A stretch of 60,070 nt of DNA, the filler included, from Porpidia crustulata (lineage: Eukaryota), in assembly GCA_964255105.1 (NCBI GenBank). It is 6 parts of 6 records of this genome, joined end to end, with 100 filler letters (N's around TTAATTAATTAA, not from the genome) between each part and the next. Parts side by side here need not be neighbours in the genome. Positions count along the whole stretch, not along the records: positions 20,070 to 29,999 come from CAXUWE010000863.1; positions 30,100 to 40,028 come from CAXUWE010000864.1; 4 more parts are not named here. The stretch is one strand, 5' to 3'. The position numbers and the translations under genes were made by a program. Position 1 is the first letter of the stretch; the number at the start of each line of letters is the position of its first letter. Positions 23,630 to 36,298 of the stretch are shown here, piece after piece. Below the pieces are notes generated by a model. The model did no database searches. It saw only the letters and a program-made list of their open reading frames with translations, and was not told where the DNA came from.

Positions 23630-25380
23630 ATGCCTCTATTGATGGATGATCACCGGCTTGACAACAATAGCGAAGTTATTGACCTCAATCGCCCATTACC
23701 ACAGATACCGACACAATCAAGCTCTCGACTTCACTCGAAACCGTCATCCAAAGACATTGCATCCTCAAAACCACCAGAACAACCTCAATCCCGACACACT
23801 CGCTCTTTCTCAACGCCTACTGCAAATATCAAGAAGCAGAACCCTTTAAACCTCACATGCAATTCACTGCACTCTTCCACGCCTCAATACTCACCTCGAA
23901 CTACTGATCGGTTTGGTCTTTTGGATCCAGTCAAGTACAGCCCAAGTGAAGGAGTTGACAAGACTTCCAAAATGCCAGGAGCGTATGTAATATTTGAGCT
24001 TGTTCACCTCAGATCTTGCTATGATACAAATTTGATATACTAACTGAACTTAGTAATAACTCGTATCAAGACAGGTCGGATCAGCTCCGCGATGAGCAAA
24101 TGCAAGAGCTGTATAATGGTGCAAAGCAACATGGCGATGCCCCGTATCACATCAATACAAGCATGAACTCGTTATTCAATGACAGTAAAAGCTGCTCGCC
24201 CGTCAGAGCCATGGATAGCACTCCACAGAACGGATTTGCCAAACACTATCGCAAGTCGCCAGGAATGAGCCAGTCACTCTCCGAGAACGACTTCCTGTAT
24301 CGCCGTTATGGCCGCGATCCAGCCATAATCCGGTCTCCGACAAAGTTTGAGATGAAAGACCTTGAGCGTGACAGTCCTTTACATGTTCTTGAGAAAGCCC
24401 AGGAGTCTTCTGCCGACATCCCAAGGCGTGGACGCCCAGGTTTTCGAACACCATCTCCCGTCAAATTGGAGGACATTCGAGAAGGTCAGCCAATGGAATT
24501 CCAATCAAGTCCTGTTCGGCGCTCTCGCTCCCCAGTGAAACAACTATTTGGGGAGCATGGGTGGCTTGGTAGAAGCACAAGCTTAAACGAAATGCCCAGC
24601 GAGGAGTATCGCAAGCATGGGCTTAAGCTGTGGCGCGGGAAATTGAAGCAGGCTGTTGGAATGATGGTGAGACTCAGCACAGACTGCCCATGACCGCAGA
24701 TTAATCTGACACGGATACAGACCGAGGACGTGTCGAAATTGATACATCATTATGAATCTCCAACCAAGAAACCTCTTGTCTCTGCCAACGGTTCCTCGAC
24801 ATTCTTAATCTCGCTTGGTCCTCCTGTTCAAGCGAAATTGTATTCCGAGATTGAACTCATGCTTTGCGCTACTGCCAATCAGTACCTTGTGACACAGCGA
24901 ATGGAGAACCGTATGTCGCTTGAGAGTATTGCCAAGATTACCGATTTCTGGACCTCCAAAAACCGCCCGCAGGTGATTGAATTCATGTTCGATCAGGCCA
25001 CGCAACGCGATCTCGTTCTGTACAATCTTAAGACATTCCGCTTCTACGGCCCGAACGCAGAAAACCCAATCTCTATGAATGCGATGATGCTAGCATGGAA
25101 GGCTTTGGCCAAAGAGATGAGCGTAAGGACCTTCTGCCAGCCAGATAGCGCTGTTCGAAAGCACATGCACGACTGCTACAAGATCTTGGAGATGCTAGGT
25201 GCGCCATTGGTAACGTTCTTGGCGTTCCAGGAGATTCAAGTGAAGGCATTGAAATTGATCAAAGAGAAGCAGCAGCAGAGAGAAGAATACGAGAATATTC
25301 CATTTGGTGTCGAGCTGAGATGGTCACCACCGCCTGGCAAGATCAGCAGCGAATCGGAGATGGATAATCCATTTTTGTAG
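23630..25380 (+). CDS. Hypothetical protein: S/P-rich N-terminus with a globular C-terminal domain; about 3 exons
   Basis: Three consecutive ORFs joined by plausible introns (~23983-24053, 24667-24720). The C-terminal part (AKLYSEIELM..RPQVIEFMFDQATQRDL..MSVRTFCQPDS) looks like a folded domain. Start codon uncertain. Confidence 0.7.
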
Positions 25381-26380
25381 CTTTCTGGACGCACCCACGG
25401 GCGGCTGACGTACAATGAGTCGGAACTTGGGCTTTTCCTACTCTTTCTAGAATCACCACAGTCACGATTATGCTGGCTACAGCGTCTCATGGTCCGTCGT
25501 TTCTATTTGCAATGGAAGAATCATTCTGTAATCTCGAAGATCAGACCTCGGCCATAGTCAATCGCCTCGATACCGTTTGCGGACAGAGCAAGAGTTATGA
25601 AAGCGAATCTTATAGGCTGGCTTTGGTCGAAACGGGGAATCTTCTATATTAGTTGGAGGGTTTCGATGGTCTCTCTCGTAATTTGTAATCCCAAGCATCA
25701 TTACTAGTCATCAAATATCACTTCTCTACCACGAGCGAAAAAATGCCACTCTAGTGAATGTTGATGACAGTAGAAACTACGATGGTTGATCATAATTCGT
25801 GGTCGTGTTCATCCTAGAATGTGCAGGTCGTTGTGGCGCTTCGAGCTCTTAATCTAAAAGACCCCCACTTAATCTTACAGTCCAACAAACAAAGAATTTC
25901 AGACAGTTCCTGGTATCTCATACAATGAGGGATGTTTATATGAGCGTGTATGAAAGATGAGAGATCAGAGATGAAAGACAGTCAGCAAAGCCCCTAGTTG
26001 GATATATAATCACATGCTCTCGGATTATTTATCTTCCGGCTGACTGATCCTGTCGTCACTTTCCGGTCTCCCCACCATTTTCACTCGGAGTTACTCGCAC
26101 ACTCGTAGGCAGTCGCTATTGCCCCACGTTCCAGATAGGTCAGCACCTCCATGCTTCGGTTTTATTCTTCTTTTCCTCAAATCCGGACCTCCTGTGTATC
26201 ACTGCCCAACCTGAACGACTCTCGTTTACATTTGTCCAGTTGGTCTCTTCTTAAATCATACGCTTACCTACATAGTCCTTAAACCACCTGCAGGCAGGTT
26301 GATATTCTTCAATTTCCCTGGTGCCTCCGATTTCGCTCAGCATACTTGTACCGTCTTGTGGTCACAGAGCATCATGCAAT

Positions 26381-29300
26381 ATGGCGTACACAGGCCATAA
26401 TTATGGTCCATCATGCTCGCTCCAGGTGGACTCCAACGTTTTCATGCGACGAGCTTCTGTCGTCTCAGACGATCCGCCCAAAACTAGAGCCCACTTCTTC
26501 TACAATTCCGCCCTCCCTATCGATGATCCACTTTCCCCTGTACCGCTCCCTTCGACCAGCTCTATTGGGCCTTCGAAGTTCCCTCCACGCCCTTTTTCGG
26601 TATTCGACAACACTGCCCTCGAAGAGACTTGGCAAAGCTTGCAAGTTCTAGACAATGCTGAAAAAAGGTTAGAGACTGCCCACAATTCTCGAAACAATCC
26701 TTTAACAGTGGAAAATCTTACAAATATAATCAGGAGTGTTTCACCGAACAAGCGAAAGGAAAAGCAAAGGAAAAGCGATTTCAGTGAAGCAGATCAAGCT
26801 GACCAGCCAAAATCTGTAACTTCTCCGGCAGCTGAAAGTACAGAGCATGCAGATAGTGAGGCAACAGAAAAACCACACCACGATCAACCGCAACAGATCG
26901 GTGATCCTCATCTGATGTTGTGTGATGACCCGTCCCATATCCCCTTTGATGAGACTATGCCAGTGGGCCCAGGGGAGATTGACAATGACGAGTTCGAAAG
27001 CGCACCACCGAAGAGAAGGCATCAATCTCCTTTTCGTCGGAAAGACAAGGCTGAAAGGCAGAAGGACAAAAACGATGCCAGCCCTCGGAGGCGTTTGTCG
27101 ACCAATAAGAGGCAATTTGCAGAGGAACAATACGGTTCTAGTCCGTTGGAGCGGGATACAACGGGAACGCCCTTTCTTCGTGTGCCGAACCGTAAGAGTA
27201 AGTCGCGGTCCAGGTCCTCAGATCGCGAGGTGTCTCCAACGCTCAGCGATGACGCCGTATCATTCAGCGAATCCGACGTCAAGAAAAGCTCACGCCCAGC
27301 ATTGACAAGAGATAATAGTTCGGTGCCTTCAAGCTCTAAGGGCTTAGAGCCTGAAGAGCCTCTGAAGTCTCATCAATCACCTCGGCGTAAGGAGAAACAG
27401 CAGCGTCAAAGCTCTGTCACTGTGGGTGTTTCGCGACTGCACCTAGTGAAGATGCCGTCCCTAAAGGTAAATATGGTCGACATTCTTTGTCATTCGTTTT
27501 TGTAAAAGGGGACAGCTGATTGGTGATAGATGGGACCAATATACTGGGACCCTGTACATGATATCTCCTCCGTAATTCGAGGTACTTGGTTCTACAAATC
27601 TTCAATGAACCCAGTTGAACCAGATGTTGCTAATCAGCTTGAGGCTGGATACGAGTACCTGAAACCGTGGACCCCTACTTTTGAGGATGAGGTCAACAGC
27701 TGCTTAGAGTATGGTGCAGCTGCCGAGCTGAAGATTGTCTGGAAGTTGTGGCCGGCTGATCAGTCGCACAAAGATGCAAGTGGGCCTTCAACTGGGAAAG
27801 CTACGAAATTAGAATCGGCACCAGCTGGACAAGGTGCGCTCGAGGAGGAAGAGCAGCAAGGTACCATAAAAGTAAGAAAAGGAATCAAGTTTTCTGAGAA
27901 CAGGGCTGCCGGCGGCCTAAATGTTGTCTACACCAATGATACCGAGGAAGCTACAAATAAAGAGGATGCTTCGACCAGACTATTCCCGAAAGACAGCGTT
28001 ATTTATGCCAATGTGAGGGACGCTCAGATCCTCAAGCCAGGCCAGCTGCCAAACGTCATCTATGGACGACGACCTTTAGGCCCTATCCGAAAAGGCCGAC
28101 CCATAGGTGTACCGGTTGTACGTGGCTTTGATTATAAAGCATGGGAGAAGCTACATCCACCACCCAAAAGGGTACAGGCGGCGAAAAAGGCTCGTGAAGG
28201 TGCCGAAGCAATACGTTCAGCCACTTCCATCTTGACTCAAAGACGGAAGTCTTGCGCGGCTTGTTTAGCAGACGAGGAAAAGCCTCAGCCTACTGATTTG
28301 GTGCTCGTAATCCATGGCATTGGACAGAAGCTCTCTGAGAGAGTTGAGAGCTACCACTTTACCCATGCCATCAATGCTTTCCGTCGACACATCAGCGTGG
28401 AGTCTGAATCTGACGCCGTTCAGCCATGGCTACGCCAAGGCCACGGAGGCATCATGGTTCTACCCATTAATTGGCGATCTACGCTTAAACTAGAAGAAGG
28501 TGGACCGGCGCCGGATCCTAATCGCAAAGATCCAAAATCGTCCCAGAACCAATTCACTCTGAAAGACATTACAGCAGAGTCCATACCAGCAGTACGTAAT
28601 CTCATCAGCGATGTGATGCTGGATATCCCGTACTACCTATCCCACCACCGGCCTAAGATGATTGAGGCTGTCATTAAGGAAGCCAACCGTGTATATCGCC
28701 TTTGGTGCTCGAATAATCCTGGATTCCAGCAAAAAGGTAGGGTACATGTCCTCGCCCATTCCTTAGGCAGCGTCATGGCCATTGACATCCTAAGCAACCA
28801 ACCAACCAAATTACCCAACCAGCTTGATCTCAAGAGCAACAAGATTCACGGTGACATGTTTGAATTTGATACCAAAAATCTATTCTTTTGCGGAAGTCCT
28901 GCTGGCTTCTTCTTGCTTCTTAATAAATCGCCCCTGCTTCCACGTAAAGGACGAGACAAACCAGAGACGAATGGCGAAGATACAGGTGCTGGTGTTGCTG
29001 GCGATGTTACTACTTACGGGTGTCTGGCTATTGACAATTTATACAACGTCCTCCACTACAACGATCCAATTGCATACCGCCTCAATGCATGCGTCGATGT
29101 CGACTATGCCGGTTCACTGCGACCTGCCAAAGTCCCTAGTGCTACAGCCAGCTGGATGCAGTACTTTAGCTCCACCTTCCGTGGCAATCCCACGGCGCCG
29201 GCCAAAGTTGGTGACAACGCTGATGAATTCGCTGGACGTCCAAAGGTTGCCACCATGCCCTCAAGTGTTGAGTTGGAAACTCACGATTTCACGAAAGAGG

Positions 29301-29533
29301 AAATCGCGGAAAAGCGTATGCATCTCCTGAATGACAATGGGCAGATAGATTTCACACTGCACTCTGGCGGCGGGCCCTTGGAGATTCAGTATTTGAATAT
29401 GCTGAGCGCGCACAGTAGTTACTGGACGAGCCAGGACTTTGTAAGATTCTTGGTCGTGGAGATTGGAAGGAAGCCTGGGAGGTATTCAACGATGATCGGG
29501 ATTAAAGCCACGAAAAAGCCTTTCGGGAAATAG
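26381..29533 (+). CDS. DDHD-domain intracellular phospholipase A1
   Basis: DLVLVIHGIGQ, LPINWR, SDVMLDIPYY, lipase motif AHSLG, NVLHYNDPIAYRL, LSAHSSYW. Intron ~27467-27529. Start codon uncertain. Confidence 0.9.
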
Positions 29534-29999
29534 TGAGCCAGAGGCGGACAGTCTCACTCTAAGCGTCGGGTTTTCCGGGAAAGGGCGTGTGATAGAACGG
29601 TTTGGAGTGGATGATGAATTTTTTTGCAAAAAGCAAGGCTTGGGAGAGGTTGAATGATTACGACTTGCATTGCCATGGTGTTTCAGAAGAGCGATTGCTC
29701 CAAGCGCATTATACCCTAGAAGCTTGTTGTCCCTGCCGTTTGCCTGAGCGAGCCAGTGAGCGGGTTTTATGATTTTATGACTCCCACAATTGGGGGAGCT
29801 TAGGGGGGCCTTGGCTGTCAACGGTTCATGATATTCTACTCCTGTAGCTTCCGCATCAAATACTCCCTCATGTGAGCACGTTAGCACCGCTGGATGACAA
29901 TATCCTAGATTTGCCAATTTGATTCATGTTGTGACCGCCCAGAATCCAAGGGATCATATTGCACGAGATATTTCACGATTGGAACACGGCACCATTCAC

Positions 30000-30099
30000 N
30001 NNNNNNNNNNNNNNNNNNNNNNNNNNNNNNNNNNNNNNNNNNNTTAATTAATTAANNNNNNNNNNNNNNNNNNNNNNNNNNNNNNNNNNNNNNNNNNNN
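30000..30099. other. Artificial contig-joining spacer
   Basis: N44-TTAATTAATTAA-N44. Confidence 0.98.
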
Positions 30100-32040
30100 G
30101 TGAGGTTTGGAACATGTCCCAGTCTGGGAGGATGTTGAGGTGGGAGGTGAGGAGGGAATTGTGGGCGTTGGTGAAGATGTGCCACGGATGGCTGGTGGGG
30201 ATTTCGGGGAAGAAGTCATCACTGTTGCGGACCATGAGCCTAGGCTTGTTGGTGGGAAGCTGGGAGTGGAAGATTATTTGGGGGGTCTGTGACATGCAGC
30301 TGATGGCTTTGATACTGAAGTGGCGCAGGGAAGCAATGGTCCAGGCGTCTTGGTAGCTTGTTATGAGATCCCGGCGGTCTTGGGCCGAGGAGAGGAGGTC
30401 AAGGAAGAATTGGGCATCAGTTTTGACGCTGTCAACGCCGCAGGAGAGGAGAAAGCTGTAAAAGTCATCGTAGAAACGGTGAACGTCAAGAGGGTCAATG
30501 ACGGTCATGGAGTCGCCGGTGATGCCTTTCTCTTTCTGGACAACGCGGGTTTTGTAGGCTTTTGCGAGAGTGCCAGTGGGGGAGATACCGCCCCAGTAGC
30601 CTAGCTGGTAGAATTTAGCATTCGCCCAAGCCTTTGATGTCTGTGGTACTCACTATAGCATGCCAGACGGCAATGTGCTGAATGTCTGGATGATTATCCC
30701 GGATCTGAGTCACAGTCCGCTTCAAACCTTGGGGAAAACCTTCTTCGTTTGCATCAAATTCCGTCATGCCTCGTTTAAATTGAGACTCTCCGTGGTAGTC
30801 TAATGACTGCCAATTGTCGTCAATGATTAAATTGGTGATCTTGATATTGTTGGCCTTCAGGATATCTAAAGCGTCAAAAATCTTTTGCTCATTCAAGTTC
30901 TGTCCAAGCCCATTCCATGTACAGTAGGTCAAACCGTCGTACCAATTCTCCATCCATTCTGCTTTTACATCCTTGTCAATAGAAATCTTCATTTCTGCCT
31001 CGATTTCGTCACTCATACGCAGCCCTGCAACAAGCTTCCGAGCGTGATACATAACAGCCGCATTTGCGGATTCAAAGTCTTTGCCCACAGCTGCTAGTAC
31101 TCTGCCTTTCCCCACCACTCGGGCATCGTTCTTTACATGTATTCGGACGTTACCCTGCCCATCAGGCTTCAATACCGTTAAGACATCATCTATACTACTG
31201 ACAGCTAATAAAACCAAGTGGAGACCGTCCCAACGTAAGAAAGAGGAAAGAACAGCATCTTCAGTAGGAGCAAAGTTTCCCTGCCCATGTCGAGGAGCAA
31301 GCCACGGGCTCCAGATTCTGACCAGCGAAAACCACCGGGTGAAGCTACGTGGTAATCCAAGGCTGGTATCAGTGATTCCTGATATGTTGTCTTCTGCAGC
31401 TTTGGCAGGAGCGGTGATAGACCATAGCTGAGTGCCCGGAGACTCACTGGGGACGGATTCCACAGAGAGGTCAGTGCTGTAGTCTCTTAGATAATCCTTC
31501 AACTCATCTGGAGGACTCTGCGGCTGAAAATAAATAATCCCGTCTTTATTTTCTGTTTGATCATTCATCCATTTCCAGCTGTCGCTTGAGGAGCAGCGAA
31601 ACTTCAACGTAAATTGGACAGGATCCTCAATCCTCGCTGGCCTTGGTAGACTTATTGAGAAGTAGCGGCGATAGACCTTTGCCTGGACTTCCGAGTTGAT
31701 GGCCAACTGAGTATTGGGTTGAGTAAAAACACAGAGGTTTCCACACCATCTCAGAACTTACAGGGCTATCCAATGCAGCGGATAATTCTAAAGGTTGGTC
31801 GCGCCATTCTCGATTTTCGTGAGCATTATGCCAGAGAACAACCTCCCAACTCTGCTCGGGAAATGATTTGCTTGATTCAAGTAAGACTGTAAATTTTACC
31901 TATGTGGCAATTAACTTTCGATTTCTGTCTATATTCTTCAGCGAAGCTAGATGACTCGAACGAACAGCAGATTGATGATGGGGGATGACAGTGGCTTGGC
32001 CCAAGGGCGGATCACACAGAATGTTGGCGAACAGTAGCAT
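30100..32040 (-). CDS. GH36 raffinose synthase / Sip1-type alkaline alpha-galactosidase, 3' truncated by contig edge
   Basis: YCTWNGLGQ, LIIDDNWQSL, AVWHAI|LGYWGG, GVDSVKTDAQ, ISCMS, RNSDDFFP, PDWDMFQT. Multi-exon. Confidence 0.9.
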
Positions 32041-32430
32041 TTGGCCGGGTCTGACGAATTTGAGCTGAAATGGCTTGCCATACAGATCAGTGGTGACCAT
32101 GACGGTTACTATTAATTACGTTGAGAGAAGCAAGGGTATAGTATATTCGGGTGCTGAGCATCAATAATGAATCTGCTATAGAATCTTACAATGCGTCCAG
32201 TTGAAGTCTGTACGTCTTGATCCCTCAATACCAATAAGAATGTAGCATTCTCAATGCCCTTGTATGCAAATGAAAGTTGTACGTTAACGCAATGGCAAAA
32301 GTAAGTGAGGTGGAGTGCAAGTGAAGGCTATTGTAGCCGACCTGCAAGATTACCTAATTGGTCAAGCTTAGAAAAAACCCATGTCTTAGAGCTACCTCTA
32401 AGAACATTAGTTCCTCTCCATGTCAATGCG

Positions 32431-34462
32431 ATGATTGTCTCTTCAAACTCTGCTGCTTTGTCTGGAAGCTCATCGTACATATGTGCATCATGCGTTCGTC
32501 ATTTCCGAATGCTTGGCTTGCGCCCACCTGGGGGGACCATCCAGAGGAGACGTATCACGCAGAATTGGCTGAGGAAGACGGCCGAGGCAAAAGCAGCATG
32601 GGAAGCTCAGGCTGAAGAGATCAACGCAGGGCGGAAGCAGAGTATGCTGAGTATCCTCGAAGAAAGAGGATATGTGAATGCAATCACGGGGACGCGAGAA
32701 GGATTGGATCGTTTGATGACCGAAAAACGCGTTGGCGCATATTTGGGCGTTGATCCAACAGCCCCTTCTCTACATGTCGGGCATCTAGTACCTCTAATGA
32801 CGCTTTTTTGGATGTATGTGCATGGCTTCCATACTGTCTCATTAGTAAGCGTCGCGAAAGTCAATTGTATCTAGAACTCGTACTGATTACTATAGCTGGG
32901 CGGCGCAACAGCCAAAGTCGGTGATCCGTCTGGACGAACGACATTACGAGAGAAACAGGATTCGAACGTCCGAAAGGCCAACATGGTTAGCATGCACTAC
33001 CAGCTGAAAAGGATGTGGGTAAACGTAGAGCAGTACGCCAAGAAATATGGGTATCATTGGGAATGGGCTTGGCACAGAGAATTGGCAAACAACAATGCTT
33101 GGTTGAACAAGCTGGAGTTTTCGGAAATTTTACGGCTGCTGGGACCGGGTCTCAAAATGGGAACGATGCTTGGAAGGGAAACGTGAGTGAGTCCATCTAA
33201 GGCCGGTCGAGGCACACAAGTTGACCTACTCTGATGTGCGTAGTGTGAAGAGAAAAATGGAATCTGGTGACGGCATGTCGTTTTCTGAATTCAGTTACAC
33301 AATCTTACAGTCATGGGATTGGTGGCACATGTACAAAACCAAAAATATTCAGGTGCAAATTGGTGGCTCAGATCAATATGGAAACATTATCGCCGGCATA
33401 GATGCCATCAACTACATCAGGAAAACCCATCACAACCCAGACGTCAGACAAGATAAAGAAATATTTCAGATGAAACCAATGGGCTTTACAGTGCCTTTAT
33501 TGACCACCTCTTCTGGCGAGAAATTTGGAAAGAGTGCTGGCAATGCTATTTGGTTGGATCAGGACATGACAACTGCTTTTGAACTGTACCAGGTATTTCC
33601 GCACAGCTCTTATGAGAGATTCCTCACTAATAGGAATAAGTTTTTCGTGCGTTCGGCCGATGCTGACGTTGGTCGCTACTTGAAGCTATTCACCTTTATG
33701 CCGATGAATGACATAAATTCTCTAATTACAGAACATGAAAAGCAACCCTCGAAGCGTCTCGCACAAAGAAAATTGGCGCGAGAGGTTCTTGAGATCATCC
33801 ATGGAAATACTGTAGCAAACGAAGCTGAGACTCAGAACTCACTTCTTTTCCATCCCAGTGCTCCATCCGAACCTTCAGTATCGCAGAATCCACACGAATT
33901 TGAAATAGAGACGGAAGGAGAACATAAGTCTAGCACTTTCAAGCCGGCGAAACCTACGGACATATCTTCAGCCATGAACAAAAATGCACCGCATACAACT
34001 GCCGCGAACGCTCCATCTCACAATTGCATCTTACCCAAGTCTCTCGTCTACCGACAGCCTATAGCTCGAGTCCTCTACTCCGCCGGGCTAGTGGCATCCA
34101 AAAGCGAAGGCCACCGCCTTGCGGCCAAGAAAGGCGCTTACATCGGAAGCAGACCGTCCGCTACCGGGACCATGGGTGACAACCTCGATTTTTCCCCTTG
34201 CGCAAATTGGAATCCTAACGAGACGGAGAAGTACATTATTGGCGACGATCTGCTCGTACTGCGGGTCGGGAAATGGAAAGTGAAAATCGTGAAGATCATT
34301 AGTGATGAGGAATTCGAGCAGAGGGGTTTGACGGCGCCTGGTTGGAAAGAGGAGGATAACCAGCCAATTCTGCGTCAAGATGCACAATTAAGGCCCTGGC
34401 ACCAGAAAACCTACGTTGACAGGGCGCCACTGCATCAGGGTACTGCGAAATATACACCATGA
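32431..34462 (+). CDS. MSY1: Mitochondrial tyrosyl-tRNA synthetase
   Basis: YLGVDPTAPSLHVGH (HIGH motif), GGATAKVGDPSGR, QIGGSDQYGNI, KFGKS (KMSKS motif), S4-like C-terminus and a presequence-like N-terminus. Three introns. Confidence 0.93.
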
Positions 34463-36298
34463 GACTTGAAATGCTCACCCTGCAAATTTCAAGAACTCCT
34501 AAGAAAGTAGGAGAAATTGGAACTCCACAGAATCAGGCAGCCTGTACATGTATATATGTGCAACAGTACTCTACTCTACAGTCCATTGAAGCATTCATTT
34601 CAAGGACTATCGATTTGGCACTGCATCTGTATTAAGAAGGTTTCACTGATCAGGTTTGACATCTCCTTTTTGGTATGGAGATGAGGATATTGGCGAGCAG
34701 TAGATTGTGGACGTACGCCATGTCACTCCTTTACCTGAGTGTGATACTAGATTGGTGAGGATCTCATCGGCAATGCAGTCGTTTCTAAAGATTACTTGAA
34801 ATCACCTTGTAGGATAAGAATGGAGACTAATCGGTCAAATCCGAAATGGCTTACCTTGTGCGCCGGGCAAATCCAAATTGATATTAATCATGTAGGATCT
34901 CCAGAGGCTGCGCTCGATCTCATCAGACGACGTTGACCTGCGCGGCGGCTTTTTAGGTTGTAACGCATTCGATTTCTCATGAGCGACAATCACAAATACA
35001 GTCTTTAGTATGGGGTTTGCTCCCTCATTATTGTATTATTCCATTAAACAGACTTCCTTTCCATAGCCCACAAAGCCATCCAGAACTACTTCGTCATATC
35101 ATCTCAGATAACTCAGAACAGCACAGATTCTTCTATCAGCCTACTATAGCAACCGCAGAATATTAGGCTCTTCACCAGAAATACCCGTTGCCTCGGCGCT
35201 CTCTTGGCCACAGCCCACGCTTTCACCGTTCTGGAGGGCAGCTTGGACGGATTTACACCTATGGCTTCGACAATGACGCCGACCGAATCACTACGCTCCA
35301 CGGCGCAACGATAGATAGAACCACTGGAAGATCCACGACGGTACGCACACCAAGCATGAAATTCGACGAGCGCTTGCTTTCTGGATCAGCAGCCTATTCG
35401 ACGGCATCTATCAACACGCTCGATCTCTCGTAAGCCAAGAATGCGCTCGTAAGCTAGTGCGGTTGAGACACGCCTTTCACTACGGCCGCGTCTCGCGTCT
35501 CCAGCAACGTTGTAGCTTACATCTACAATATGAAAAGAGCAACACCTGCGACAAAATCCATCTCCATAGGTACCTGGGGCGTGGTAGCTGCATATAGCTA
35601 CGAGCGCCTTATGGATGATACTCGGTCGATGCGTACAAGATTTCTTTCGGATACGATGACAGCAAGAAAAGTTTCTGTACCTGCTAAGGATGATTGCAAC
35701 CGACGTGGATTCTAGAAGCATGGCCATCCATGACGTTTGGCTGTGGGGGTGGGTTCATTGGATCAGTACCGTAACGGCAGAAGCGACGGACGAGTCTATT
35801 GGGATGACACTGCTTAGATTTCTCTGTGCTGTTGGTGATGTCTTGCATTAATGTTTAATCTAAATTAAGAAGTAATAGCATCCAAAATTGGTCTCACACA
35901 ATGCTATGTTGCACCTTGTCAATGAAATGGCTATGTGACTTGAACAGAAGAATGAGAAGACGACATGAGTTCCCTCAATCCCAGGCATACATTAGCAGAG
36001 ATGTTGGGGAGGTAAAAGTGGCCGGGCGTCTCTGCAGTGCTTTCAAATCATCATTAGATGCTTTTCTGGCCGTGAAGTGAGATTGAATTTCCGTCACTTG
36101 CTGCATCAAATTGATAAGTTGGTGGTTGGATTGATGTCTCGTACTCGTAGGGCTTAGTGGATCTTTCCCATCGCGTACCGCGTCACAGTCACGTCTCTTC
36201 ATTTAGCATTTTCGAGCTCTGTCACAAAGTGCCGACGCCTCTCAAAAGCCGTATATATTAGCTGAAAAGCCTAGGAAAATTTTTGCTGGTCAGACAAT

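Noticed and set aside
35150..35430. Signal-peptide-like stretch (LGALLATAHAF) suggesting a small secreted protein
   Set aside because: No in-frame ATG and no coherent ORF; at most a decayed gene.
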